Assembly (NCBI GenBank): GCA_038750505.1
Contig: JBCDHD010000020.1
Span: 3,534 to 67,533 of the forward strand
Direction: 5' to 3'
DNA length: 64,000 nt
Source: Bacteroidota bacterium
Lineage (GTDB): Bacteria; Bacteroidota; Bacteroidia; Flavobacteriales; Flavobacteriaceae
Shown: one piece after another, positions 26,772 to 36,786 of the stretch
Layout: each line of letters opens with the position of its first letter
Position numbering within the stretch: position 1 is the stretch's first letter
Position numbers and translations under genes: made by a program
Notes under the pieces: model-generated
Seen by the model: only the letters and a program-made list of their open reading frames with translations
Database searches by the model: none
Told to the model about the DNA's origin: nothing

Positions 26772-29123
26772 ATGATTAAAAAAGTCCTATTTAGCTTACT
26801 TATTGGTATAAGTAATCCCATTTTAGCACAGACAACATATATCTCGGGAACCATAACCAGCAATGGAGCACCGGTACCTTTCGCCAGTGTCTATCTACAG
26901 AATGGATCTTCAGGAGTTAGCGCAGACAATAATGGTTACTACAAATTCGAGGTCCCGGAAGGAGTAATCACTTTGGTAGTTCAGGCGCAGGGGTACCGGA
27001 CCCAAAGTAAGGAAATCACAGTGGCAGATGATGAAGAGACTGTTGATTTTTCCCTTGTTGAAGACATCTTAGGTCTGGACGAAGTTGTTGTAAGTGCCAC
27101 CAGAAACCGCGTGGAACGAAAAAGTGCTCCTGTTGTAGTGTCTTCCTTAAAACCCCGATTACTAACAGCAACACAGTCCATCACCGTAGCAGAGGGACTT
27201 AATTTTGCCCCTGGGGTAAGGGTAGAGACCAACTGCCAGAACTGTGGTTTTACACAGGTACGACTCAATGGCTTAGATGGCGGTTATACGCAAATCTTAC
27301 TTAATAGTCGACCCATATTTACTTCCTTATTGGGTGTCTATGGGTTGGAACAGATCCCCACAAATATCATAGAGCGTGTAGAAGTAGTGCGCAGTGGCGG
27401 ATCAGCACTTTACGGTTCTAATGCCATTGCCGGTACCGTTAATATCATTACCAAGGATCCGGTGCTGAACACCTGGGAAATTGGTAGCAATATGGCGCTT
27501 ATTGATGGGGAAGCCCTGGATCGTATCGTTAATTTCAACGGGGCCATCGTTGCGGACGACCTCAATAGTGGCATTACCCTCTTTGGTACCTACCGCAACC
27601 GAGCATCGTATGATGCTAATGATGACGGATTTACAGAGTTGGTAGAACTCCGAAATACAACAGTTGGGGCGAAAGCCTTTTTTAGACCCACCGATAGAAG
27701 TCGGGTTTCGGTAAACCTCAATGCCATCCGGGAATACCGCAGAGGCGGTGACCGTTTGGACCTGGCACCACAGTTTACCGATATTACCGAAGAGCTGGAT
27801 CATGATACCTTTATCGGTGGTGCGGATTATGAGCTGAATAGTAAAGACAATACTCAAAAAATTCAGCTATACACCTCCGCTTCGTATACCAATAGGGACA
27901 GTTATTACGGTGGTTTGGGGGGCGCCCGAACACGCCAGGATAGTATCACTGCCAACAATGCCTTTGGGACTACTCAAGATCTTGCGTGGGTCAATGGTAT
28001 TCAATTCACTAAATCCTTTAGAAATAACGACGTACTCACCGCAGGAACAGAATACAATTTTAACACTACGGAAGATCAAATCCCCGGTTACAATCGGTTA
28101 ATTGACCAAAGTGTGAATACCTTGGGTGGCTATGCCCAATACGAATGGAAACCTTCGGAAAAATTTGCGGCACTACTAGGAGCACGATTAGATCATGTAA
28201 CCGTAGATGGGGATTACACGATTGGCGGTATCGCTCGCGGTGTAGACCTGAATCAGACGGCACTTTCGCCACGATTAACACTATCCTACCAGTTAACCGA
28301 AGCGCTCAGACTTAGAGGCGGATATGCTCGTGGGTTTCGAGCTCCTCAAGCCTTTAATGAAGATCTGCACATCTCAAGTGTAGGTGGAGAACCTCAATTT
28401 GTAATTCTATCGGATGATCTCGTAACCGAGTTTTCCAATGCGTTTACCGCTTCTTTAAACTATTCCAGGACCATACAGCTATTGCAGATGGATTTTTTGG
28501 TAGAAGGCTTCTACACTACTTTAGAGGATCCTTTCACTTTAGTAAGCACGGGGGCTGTTTTGGAAAATGGCTCCATATTGGAAGAAGTTCGGAACGGTGA
28601 AGGGGCCCGGGTATTTGGCTCCAACTTTGAGTTCGGCGTTTCTCCGGACCCTGAATGGCGATTTCAACTGGGAGGTACTTTACAGCGAACAGAATGGGAC
28701 GAACCACAACTTCTTTTTGAAAGCGATGGAACTCCCGGGGAAACGGACATTGTGATCGACAAATTTGTACGTGTTCCTAATTTCTACGGGTATTTGAATA
28801 CCACATGGATTCCCAGTGAGGCCTTTAACGTAGACATAACAAGCACCTACACCGGAAGTATGACCGCCCCAAGAGTGATCAGCGATACGGGTTTTTTGGA
28901 ATTAAACGAAGTGAATTCCTTCTTTGACCTCAACATTAAACTGGAGACACATTTTGATTTCAATGACTCCTTTATGGTTACCGTCTCGGGAGGGGTAACC
29001 AACCTCTTTAATAGTTACCAGGATGATTTTGACATTGGCCCAACCCGAGATTCCGATTACATTTATGGCCCCGATGCCCCTCGCGCGTTCTTTCTCGGTT
29101 TGAAGTTTGGTAAATTGCACTGA
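26772..29123 (+). CDS. TonB-dependent receptor with carboxypeptidase-regulatory-like N-domain
   Basis: Signal peptide, CarbopepD_reg-like segment (GTITSNGAPVPFASVYL..GYYKFEVPEG), plug motifs (..ERVEVVRSGGSALYGSNAIAGTVNIITK) and a long barrel. Confidence 0.9.
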   Translation: MIKKVLFSLLIGISNPILAQTTYISGTITSNGAPVPFASVYLQNGSSGVSADNNGYYKFEVPEGVITLVVQAQGYRTQSKEITVADDEETVDFSLVEDILGLDEVVVSATRNRVERKSAPVVVSSLKPRLLTATQSITVAEGLNFAPGVRVETNCQNCGFTQVRLNGLDGGYTQILLNSRPIFTSLLGVYGLEQIPTNIIERVEVVRSGGSALYGSNAIAGTVNIITKDPVLNTWEIGSNMALIDGEALDRIVNFNGAIVADDLNSGITLFGTYRNRASYDANDDGFTELVELRNTTVGAKAFFRPTDRSRVSVNLNAIREYRRGGDRLDLAPQFTDITEELDHDTFIGGADYELNSKDNTQKIQLYTSASYTNRDSYYGGLGGARTRQDSITANNAFGTTQDLAWVNGIQFTKSFRNNDVLTAGTEYNFNTTEDQIPGYNRLIDQSVNTLGGYAQYEWKPSEKFAALLGARLDHVTVDGDYTIGGIARGVDLNQTALSPRLTLSYQLTEALRLRGGYARGFRAPQAFNEDLHISSVGGEPQFVILSDDLVTEFSNAFTASLNYSRTIQLLQMDFLVEGFYTTLEDPFTLVSTGAVLENGSILEEVRNGEGARVFGSNFEFGVSPDPEWRFQLGGTLQRTEWDEPQLLFESDGTPGETDIVIDKFVRVPNFYGYLNTTWIPSEAFNVDITSTYTGSMTAPRVISDTGFLELNEVNSFFDLNIKLETHFDFNDSFMVTVSGGVTNLFNSYQDDFDIGPTRDSDYIYGPDAPRAFFLGLKFGKLH

Positions 29124-29135
29124 TGCTAAAAAAGA

Positions 29136-29648
29136 ATGACCACACAGAAGACAAGTTATTTAAGTAAAATAAAAACCAAACGCTTCCTGATGCTGTTTGT
29201 AGTGGTTCTGCTGTTTTTCTCCGAAAGGGCCACCGCGCAAAACAGCATTCAGTGGATCAGTTTTGAGCAATTAGAAGACTCCCTTTCTATAAAACCCAAG
29301 AAGGTCTTCATTACTTTTTATGCAGATTGGTGTGCCTATTGCAAAAAAATGGAGAGGGTAGCTTTCCGGGATCCAAAGGTAATTTCAAGATTAAATGAAG
29401 CGTATTATGCAATAAAAATGAATGCAGAAGCAACGGATACGATACGATTTGATGGGAAAACCTTCACAAATAAACAGCTCGGAAAACAAAGAAATCCGAC
29501 CCATGAAATTCCGCTATTGCTCGCCTCCAGAAAAAACTATCCTTTTTCACTACCGGCAATGGTACTACTGAATGAAAAATTTGAAGTGGTAGGTCGGCAT
29601 TTTGAGTATCTCTCTCCAAAACAACTAAACGATATCCTGGCTGACTAA
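29136..29648 (+). CDS. secreted thioredoxin-fold protein (CxxC)
   Basis: Signal peptide and the FYADWCAYCKKME active-site motif. Confidence 0.75.
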   Translation: MTTQKTSYLSKIKTKRFLMLFVVVLLFFSERATAQNSIQWISFEQLEDSLSIKPKKVFITFYADWCAYCKKMERVAFRDPKVISRLNEAYYAIKMNAEATDTIRFDGKTFTNKQLGKQRNPTHEIPLLLASRKNYPFSLPAMVLLNEKFEVVGRHFEYLSPKQLNDILAD

Positions 29649-29666
29649 TGGATTGCTCTGGCGACC

Positions 29667-31229
29667 TCAGAAAAAGGGAATTCGCAATACATTGTGGAAA
29701 CTAATACCAAATACGGTATTGGGCGGAACGATCGTTGCCTCAAAAATCACTTGTTTGGTGGTATAATCTATCTCCACTACCTTCCCGGAAGGAATCCCGA
29801 AGCTTACCGAAGATCCCGGCGTAAATAAAACGGAGTTGCTTTCCGGCAAATAACTTACTTTGGAAACAATCCTGGCATAGGTTGCTTCACCCCGTTCCTT
29901 GCCATAGGACCATACCTGTTGTATGGTTTTGTTTTCCTCATCTATTTTATATTCTACCGCCCTGCTATAAGGTCCGAAATTGATATAGTTTCGATTATCT
30001 CCGTTGTCAAACACCATAAGATTACCATTTGGCATTAGTATTGGAGAATGTTGGTACCAGGACCATTCAAAATCAGGATGATTTATACTACCATCCAAAA
30101 CATCCGGATCCGTAATTTCCTGCCCCTGGGCATCAAGTGGTGTCAGTAGAAACTGCTTTAGGTCGGTACCGTTCCCGGCGGTTCCCCATGCCCTATGTGG
30201 TGCCAAAATATAACGTACCTCGTTCTGCGTGTTTAATTTTACGATGCCCTGTGTCCTACCGGAAACGATAATTTCATTGTCCTGAGCGCTATATTCAATC
30301 GCATTGGCATGAAACCAATCAAAATTGAGATCTGCAAGATCCGTTGGCCAGGCACGCCGGGAATTATCGAGAGACGCATTTAAATCCCAAGTGGTAATGA
30401 ACTCTCCTGTACTTCTGTCAATTTCTATGATCACATCTTCCACGGTTGATTTTGTTGCGTCGTTGATCGTTACCAATACGTTACCGTCTGGCTTTTCAAT
30501 AACATGGTGATGGAATTCATTACCCTGTAGGTCCCAGGAATCAATAATCCTTCCGAGAAAATCAATTTCGTAGATACTTTGAGATAAACCATCTCCGAAC
30601 AACAAGTTCCCATTTTGAAGCTGGGTCATACCGTTGTCATAGAAAAGATCAAAAAGCACGGGATGCGATGAAAAGTCGAGATACCAACGAATGTCCCCAA
30701 ACTGATCAAAAACAAAGGGGCGCTGTGGCCTGAAATTTCGATCAAACCCAAAATAGTTAACAAAATTAAGCTGAAGTTCCGAAGCGTTCGAAGGTTGATC
30801 AATCGTAATCCTGGGCATATCATTGATCACTGCCGAAGTTTGTATAGGTATGGATCCGGATTCCAAAACCGTTCCGGAGGGATCAAAAAACGTAACCCTC
30901 AATTCGTTCTCATAATTGGGATATAAACCTACTATTTCCAATGCAAAATCACTGCCTACTTCCTGGAACTGTTGCACAAGGTTTGAAGCACTGCCATTTT
31001 TACCGACCACAACCACTTCCAGCGTCACCTCCTGATTGGTTTGCAAATTCACCAATGCCGTTAACGGAGCATACCCCGTAGGATTTAACTGAAAGCCAAT
31101 GGATTCAACCACCTCCGAATTACGGAAAGGTTCTGAAGTCTCCGGAGTGTCATCAGGAGTGTCATCATCGGAACAGGCATAGCATACTGCTAATACCAGG
31201 GCGAAGCGCCAGTAGTTTTTCGTAAACAT
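29667..31229 (-). CDS. arylsulfotransferase (ASST)-family lipoprotein
   Basis: Lipobox LAVCYACSDD. Propeller-type segments with FHHHVIEKPDGNVLV and DWFHANAIEY resemble ASST-family proteins. Confidence 0.6.
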   Translation of the reverse strand: MFTKNYWRFALVLAVCYACSDDDTPDDTPETSEPFRNSEVVESIGFQLNPTGYAPLTALVNLQTNQEVTLEVVVVGKNGSASNLVQQFQEVGSDFALEIVGLYPNYENELRVTFFDPSGTVLESGSIPIQTSAVINDMPRITIDQPSNASELQLNFVNYFGFDRNFRPQRPFVFDQFGDIRWYLDFSSHPVLFDLFYDNGMTQLQNGNLLFGDGLSQSIYEIDFLGRIIDSWDLQGNEFHHHVIEKPDGNVLVTINDATKSTVEDVIIEIDRSTGEFITTWDLNASLDNSRRAWPTDLADLNFDWFHANAIEYSAQDNEIIVSGRTQGIVKLNTQNEVRYILAPHRAWGTAGNGTDLKQFLLTPLDAQGQEITDPDVLDGSINHPDFEWSWYQHSPILMPNGNLMVFDNGDNRNYINFGPYSRAVEYKIDEENKTIQQVWSYGKERGEATYARIVSKVSYLPESNSVLFTPGSSVSFGIPSGKVVEIDYTTKQVIFEATIVPPNTVFGISFHNVLRIPFF

Positions 31230-31384
31230 GGCAAAAGTGATTTAGCAACTCCTAATAAAATAACGATTATTTTGGTTACACCCAATACCGGGCATCGCGG
31301 GACGGTGAAGCGCTAAACTGGTACAAACCAAATATTGTTTTCCACCTTGGGCTTGTCCCCTTTGGAAATGATTACCTTTGAACA

Positions 31385-32527
31385 ATGTCCAATTACGATT
31401 ACATCATAATTGGTGCTGGGGCATCAGGATTACTTTTAGCATATCATTTAGGAGCCGATCCCTTTTTTAAGGACAAAAACATCCTGGTACTCGATAAAAG
31501 TAAAAAGCAACAAAACGACCGTACCTGGTGTTTTTGGGAAAAAGGCGAAGGGCCATTTGACCCTATTCTCTACAAGACCTGGCCAAATATTCATTTTGCC
31601 GGGAAGACATTGAATATTAACCCGGAAATCGCGCCCTACCGCTACAAAATGCTTCGTGGTATCGATTTTTATGAATACTATTTAGCCCAATTACACCGTT
31701 ATCCTAATGTCCATTTTGTTAATGATGGTGTCGTCAATACTGAAGAAACCGGACAAGGCGTCGTTGTAGTAGGTGAAAATAACACCTATACCGGCCAAAA
31801 GGTGTTTGATAGTAGATTTAACTACAACAAGATCAAACAGGAATCTAATTACCCCATTCTCCAGCAACATTTTTTAGGATGGTTTGTCAAGACAGAACAG
31901 TCTGTTTTTAATCCTGAAGCGGCAACCTTTATGGACTTTTCCATTCCCCAAAAAGGAAATACCCGCTTTATGTACGTGCTGCCATTTTCTGCAACGGAAG
32001 CACTGATAGAGTACACGCTTTTTTCAGAAAACCCTCTGGAAAAATCAGAATATGAAATGGCAATCCGGGAGTATCTTTCTTTCAAACTCGGTGTTACCAA
32101 GTATGACATCACAGAGACTGAGCAAGGCAATATTCCTATGACCTGTTATGATTTTTCGAAGGAGAATACCGATCAACTACTCCGTATTGGTATTTCCGGA
32201 GGATGGGCCAAAGCCAGTACGGGCTACACCTTTTACAGTTCAGTAAAAAAAGTCCCGCAATTGGTAGCGCACATTAAGGAAGAAAAACCATTACACGCCT
32301 TTAATCCCAAGACCCGTTTTTGGTATTACGATCTGCTGTTGTTAGATATTCTTCATAAAAACAATCATTTAGGTGGTATAATATTCGAATCCTTATTTAA
32401 GCGCAGAAAGCCCCAACTTATATTCAAGTTTTTGGATGAAGAAACTACCTTCTTAGAAGATTTATATATCATGGCCTCTCCGAGACCCTGGCCTTTTATC
32501 AAAGCATTATTAGGACGTTTGTTTTAA
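31385..32527 (+). CDS. crtY: lycopene cyclase family protein
   Basis: YDYIIIGAGASGLLLAYHL FAD motif. Length and the ..GWFV.., ..FMYVLPFS...ALIEYT.. segments are typical of CrtY/CrtL-type cyclases. Confidence 0.65.
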   Translation: MSNYDYIIIGAGASGLLLAYHLGADPFFKDKNILVLDKSKKQQNDRTWCFWEKGEGPFDPILYKTWPNIHFAGKTLNINPEIAPYRYKMLRGIDFYEYYLAQLHRYPNVHFVNDGVVNTEETGQGVVVVGENNTYTGQKVFDSRFNYNKIKQESNYPILQQHFLGWFVKTEQSVFNPEAATFMDFSIPQKGNTRFMYVLPFSATEALIEYTLFSENPLEKSEYEMAIREYLSFKLGVTKYDITETEQGNIPMTCYDFSKENTDQLLRIGISGGWAKASTGYTFYSSVKKVPQLVAHIKEEKPLHAFNPKTRFWYYDLLLLDILHKNNHLGGIIFESLFKRRKPQLIFKFLDEETTFLEDLYIMASPRPWPFIKALLGRLF

Positions 32528-33498
32528 CGGGACCGATGCAGTAGTGCTGTTCCGAAATCATAGAGTATTGCTTTATCCTCTTCAACTACTTTTATCTCGT
32601 TTAGACATTTAAAGGCCATATCCGTATACTTTTCTACTTCCTGTAGGATACGATCCTTTGCCCCACTAGTTGTGAAAATGGTCTTTACCGTTCGTACCTT
32701 TTCCTCGGGCGTTTCGCTTTTACCGGTAAAAAGTGTTAATAAGGTATTGCGATCCTCAACGGAGGCTAATTCCATAGCCTTCAGGTAAAGAAATGTCTTC
32801 TTATTCTCCAGAATATCCCCTCCTACCTGTTTCCCAAAAGTTTTTGGATCGCCAAACGCATCGAGGTAATCATCTTGAAGCTGAAAAGCAATGCCCAGGT
32901 TTTGCCCAAATGCATAGAGCAAATTTTGATTTTCAATTGTGGCTTGAGCAATTATTCCTCCCATTTTCAAAGCAGCAGCAATTAGTACGGAAGTCTTTAA
33001 GGTTATCATCTCCAAGTATTCCGAAACCGTTACATCGCTTCGGGATTCAAAATCAATATCGAGTTGTTGGCCTTCGCAAACTTCAATTGCAGTGGTGTTG
33101 AATAGTTGAAATAACCGGGCTAAAACCATTCCGTCGTAAGCTTCCAGAAACTGGTAGGAATTTATAAGCATGGCATCTCCGGAAAGGATTCCTGTATTCA
33201 CATCCCACTTTTCGTGTACGGTTGGTTTTCCTCTTCGCAAAGGTGCTTCATCCATAATATCGTCATGCACAAGAGAGAAATTATGAAACACTTCAACTGC
33301 CATAGCGGCTGATAAGGCCTTCTTATACCGTGTTCCAAAGAGTTCGGCACTAACTAAAACCAATACCGGTCGTAAGCGCTTTCCTCCCAGATGTAATATA
33401 TACGTGATAGGATCATATAGGTTTCTGGGTTCTTTGTAGCTCGTCTTCTCTTCCAAGTAATTCAGAAACGCCTTTTGGTAAAATTCCAGGGGTTGCAT
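32524..33498 (-). CDS. polyprenyl diphosphate synthase
   Basis: First and second Asp-rich motifs LVHDDIMD and QLQDDYLD. The stop overlaps the crtY stop (TTAA). Confidence 0.9.
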   Translation of the reverse strand: MQPLEFYQKAFLNYLEEKTSYKEPRNLYDPITYILHLGGKRLRPVLVLVSAELFGTRYKKALSAAMAVEVFHNFSLVHDDIMDEAPLRRGKPTVHEKWDVNTGILSGDAMLINSYQFLEAYDGMVLARLFQLFNTTAIEVCEGQQLDIDFESRSDVTVSEYLEMITLKTSVLIAAALKMGGIIAQATIENQNLLYAFGQNLGIAFQLQDDYLDAFGDPKTFGKQVGGDILENKKTFLYLKAMELASVEDRNTLLTLFTGKSETPEEKVRTVKTIFTTSGAKDRILQEVEKYTDMAFKCLNEIKVVEEDKAILYDFGTALLHRSR

Positions 33499-33633
33499 GA
33501 TTCAATTTTGCTTAAAAATACATCCATTGTTACAAATGACCGATGCATACGTCAAATGAGTGATCTTTTAAAAAAATGCAATAGGTTCAAAAAACTTCGT
33601 CTTAATACATGCAACCTGGCGTAAAGTGGCGAA

Positions 33634-34161
33634 ATGGCGGTAGAAAGGGAAAACAATAAAAAGCTAACAGATTTTTTTACCGAAGAATATCAGAATCTCA
33701 ACGGGTATGTACGGTCAAGAATTGGCGGGACCATAGAAAGTGATCCTGAAGACATTGTACAAGAAGTGGCATTGAAATTGTTTTCAAGGAACAGCCCTTC
33801 CCCCATTGATAATATTGCTGCTTTTGTGTATCGATCACTACGAAACAAAATAATAGATGTGATGCGAACAAGAAAACCAAACTATGAAGCACAGGAGGTT
33901 GAAGATCTCTGGTCGGAATTTGCTGAAAAATTCTATGCCCCAACGGCTTATGATTATCCCCATCAACTGGTGAGTCGTTTAAAGGGTGCAATTGCAGGAC
34001 TGAAACCCATGTATCGGGATATTGTTGTGGCAGTAGATTTTGAAGGGTATACCTATAGAGAAATTTCCGAGCAAACGGGCATCTCTCAGGGAACGCTTAT
34101 GTCTAGAAGGCACAGGGCGTTGTCTGAGCTATCCAAAAAATTAGAATTAAATAATACGTAA
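33634..34161 (+). CDS. ECF-type RNA polymerase sigma factor
   Basis: Region-2-like DPEDIVQEVALKLF and region-4 HTH YREISEQTGISQGTLMSRRHRA. Confidence 0.8.
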   Translation: MAVERENNKKLTDFFTEEYQNLNGYVRSRIGGTIESDPEDIVQEVALKLFSRNSPSPIDNIAAFVYRSLRNKIIDVMRTRKPNYEAQEVEDLWSEFAEKFYAPTAYDYPHQLVSRLKGAIAGLKPMYRDIVVAVDFEGYTYREISEQTGISQGTLMSRRHRALSELSKKLELNNT

Positions 34162-34172
34162 AAATAAATAGT

Positions 34173-34604
34173 ATGGAACATCAACTAGACCCTAGAAGAA
34201 AGGTGGAGAAAACCGTCAAGTTCTATGTGAAATCCGGATTCAAAATTCTTTTTTTCATCGTATTTATACTATTGATCACCCTTTTAGTAGGGTATGTGGT
34301 CATGTGGCTATGGAACTGGCTCGTACCAGATCTTTTTGGGGTACCTACCTTAAATTATTGGCAGGCTGTGGGATTGCTTTTGCTTGCTAAGCTCTTTTTT
34401 GGTTTTGGGAATGGTGGCCCTGGCAAGCGTAGTAAAAAGCGCCGCTTTAAAGAACGCCTATCCAATGAAAAATGCGGAGGGTGGCGCCGGGATTTTGAAG
34501 ACTGGAAACTGTACGATCAGTTTTGGAGGGCAGAAGGGGAACAAGCATTTAAAAACTATGTGGCAAAAATAAAACGGGATGGGACAGAAGAAAAAACATC
34601 GTAA
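34173..34604 (+). CDS. hypothetical membrane protein, co-transcribed with the ECF sigma
   Basis: Two TM segments, then a basic tail GGPGKRSKKRRFKERL. Sits 11 nt after the sigma gene. Confidence 0.6.
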   Translation: MEHQLDPRRKVEKTVKFYVKSGFKILFFIVFILLITLLVGYVVMWLWNWLVPDLFGVPTLNYWQAVGLLLLAKLFFGFGNGGPGKRSKKRRFKERLSNEKCGGWRRDFEDWKLYDQFWRAEGEQAFKNYVAKIKRDGTEEKTS

Positions 34605-34740
34605 TACCGAAACAGGACAAAACAATTCAGTGGCTTTTACAGCATTTCAGCAAAAAAAATCCGCAACTCGGTCCAATCACATCCTTTTCCTTCGTCTTTT
34701 TAAAGCAAATTTGGGAAAGGATTTCGAGTAGGTTAAAAAA

Positions 34741-34789
34741 ATGTAAAACCGAGGAAACTTTTTTGGTTTCTTAAGTTTCCAGGTTACAT
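34741..34789. promoter_or_regulatory. large imperfect inverted repeat directly upstream of the TetR gene (candidate operator)
   Basis: ATGTAAAACCGAGGAAAC (34741-34758) pairs with GTTTCCAGGTTACAT (34775-34789). The core GGAAAC/GTTTCC and ATGTAA/TTACAT arms are perfect, with a 16-nt spacer. Confidence 0.4.
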
Positions 34790-34801
34790 TTGCCGCTTGT
34801 T

Positions 34802-35407
34802 ATGAAAGAAAGTATTCTCCATAAGGCAACAGATATGTTTTTAGACCTCGGTTTTAAAAGTGTTACCATGGACGATCTGGCACAGGAGATGGGTATTTCC
34901 AAAAAGACCATTTATTCCCATTTCCCAAATAAGGCGCAACTGGTTGAAGAAAGCACCTTGCACCTGTTTGAGCATATTGTTAGCGGTATTGAAACCATTA
35001 TAGCGCTACAAAAGAATCCGATAGAGGAACTCTACGAGATCAAGAAGTTTGTAATGGCCTATTTAAAGGATGAAAAAACCTCTCCGCAATATCAGCTTCA
35101 AAAGTATTATCCAAGGATCTTTGATTCCTTAAGAAGGAAGGAATTTGAAGTGATGCATGATAGCATGGTAGAAAATATAGAACGTGGGGTAGCTATGGGA
35201 ATATATCGGGAAAACCTTAACATCCAGTTTGTGGCCCGTATTTATTTCTCAGGAGCTCTTGGCCTTTGCGACCATTATCTTTTTCCAGCAGAAATGTTTA
35301 CGAAATCGGTATTGGAGGACTACTATCTGGAATATCATCTTCGGGGAATTGTCACTCCAAAAGGTCGCAAAATATTAAACGAAATCATCAATTCAAACCA
35401 AGAATAA
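34802..35407 (+). CDS. TetR/AcrR-family transcriptional regulator
   Basis: KATDMFLDLGFKSVTMDDLAQEMGISKKTIYSHF is the TetR HTH. ATG at 34802 preferred over TTG at 34790. Confidence 0.85.
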   Translation: MKESILHKATDMFLDLGFKSVTMDDLAQEMGISKKTIYSHFPNKAQLVEESTLHLFEHIVSGIETIIALQKNPIEELYEIKKFVMAYLKDEKTSPQYQLQKYYPRIFDSLRRKEFEVMHDSMVENIERGVAMGIYRENLNIQFVARIYFSGALGLCDHYLFPAEMFTKSVLEDYYLEYHLRGIVTPKGRKILNEIINSNQE

Positions 35408-36766
35408 ATGCGAACAATCATTTTAGCACTCTTTTTTGTATTGCCGGTTCTGCTGTTTTCGCAAGAGGAAAAAACGCTTTTCAGTTTGGAGGAGGCCGTT
35501 GCTTATGCTTTAGAGCATAACTACCAGGCCATAAATGCAAACAGGGATCTGGTAGATGCTCAAAAGCAAAAATGGGAAACCATAGCAACCGGACTCCCCC
35601 AGATCAGTGGCGCAGTGTCCTATCAAAATCAGATTATCCAACCGATAAACCAGTTTCCATCAATTCTGGTTCCAGAGGAATTCTTACCGCCTGGGGTAGT
35701 ACAGGACCCGGATACGTTTATCCCGATTATTTTTGCTCCTCCACAGACGGCTACTGCTACGGCAACCCTTACACAACAGATTTTTGATGGCTCCTATATC
35801 GTAGGAGTGCAGGCCACAAGAGCTTTCTTGGATTTTAGTAGAAACAACAAAGAAAAAACAGATCAGGATGTCCGAAAGGCGGTGGTTGAAGCGTATGGGA
35901 ACGTTTTGTTGGCAGAAGAGAGTGTTGCCATCCTGGAAAACAACAAAGCTACTTTGGAAAAGAACCTTTTTGAAACCAAAAAGATCTATGAAAATGGTTT
36001 GGGAGATGAGGAAAGTGTAGATCAATTGCAGATTACGCTATCTTCTACGGACAATCAATTAAAAAATGCGAAGCGGCTGGAAAAGATCACACTTCAAATG
36101 TTAAATCTCATGATGGGCCTGCCTTTAGAAAGTCCTACAGAACTTGCAGAAGACCTGGACGACCTGACGCAAAGGAAAATTGATTTTGCGCTACTGGAGT
36201 CCGATTTGAATATGGAAAATAATGTGGATTACAAACTGGTCTACAATCTCAATGAGCAGCGGTATTTTGAACTCAAATTGGCCAAAAGCAGGGCGCTACC
36301 TACATTAAATGCTTTTGTAAACTACGGTGGAAACTCCTTTAGTGATCGTTTCAATTTTTTAGAACAGGGGCAACAATGGTTTGAGTTCTCCACTTTCGGA
36401 ATAGACCTTAACATCCCAATTTTTAGTTCTTTGGGAAGAGCGGCTACCACACAGCGGGCAAAGATCGCTTACGAAAAGGCAAAGACCCAACTTGACGAAG
36501 CTCAGGAACAAATTAGGTTGCAACTGGAAAACGCCAAGAGCGACTATATTTTTGCCATTGAGGAATATCAAACGTCAAAAGACAACTTGAAATTGGCGGA
36601 AAGTATAGAGGGTAAAAACCAGGTGAAATATTTTGAAGGATTGGCTACAAGTTTCGAGTTAAGGCAGGCGCAAGTGCAACTCTATGACGCACAACGCATC
36701 TATTTAGAATCTATGGTAGATGTTATTAACAGCAAGACTGAACTGGAAAACATATTAAATCAGTAA
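35408..36766 (+). CDS. TolC-family outer membrane efflux protein
   Basis: Signal peptide and SLEEAVAYALEHNYQ start, with two repeated helical halves. Abuts the TetR stop. Confidence 0.9.
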   Translation: MRTIILALFFVLPVLLFSQEEKTLFSLEEAVAYALEHNYQAINANRDLVDAQKQKWETIATGLPQISGAVSYQNQIIQPINQFPSILVPEEFLPPGVVQDPDTFIPIIFAPPQTATATATLTQQIFDGSYIVGVQATRAFLDFSRNNKEKTDQDVRKAVVEAYGNVLLAEESVAILENNKATLEKNLFETKKIYENGLGDEESVDQLQITLSSTDNQLKNAKRLEKITLQMLNLMMGLPLESPTELAEDLDDLTQRKIDFALLESDLNMENNVDYKLVYNLNEQRYFELKLAKSRALPTLNAFVNYGGNSFSDRFNFLEQGQQWFEFSTFGIDLNIPIFSSLGRAATTQRAKIAYEKAKTQLDEAQEQIRLQLENAKSDYIFAIEEYQTSKDNLKLAESIEGKNQVKYFEGLATSFELRQAQVQLYDAQRIYLESMVDVINSKTELENILNQ

Positions 36767-36786
36767 TCAAAGAAACAAATCAAAAA

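Noticed and set aside
31385-33498. Lycopene cyclase plus polyprenyl synthase as a carotenoid biosynthetic cluster
   Set aside because: No crtB, crtI or crtZ genes are in the window. The synthase could equally be the housekeeping long-chain prenyl diphosphate synthase. The TTAA overlap of the two stops (also at 56058-56061) is a trivial packing feature.
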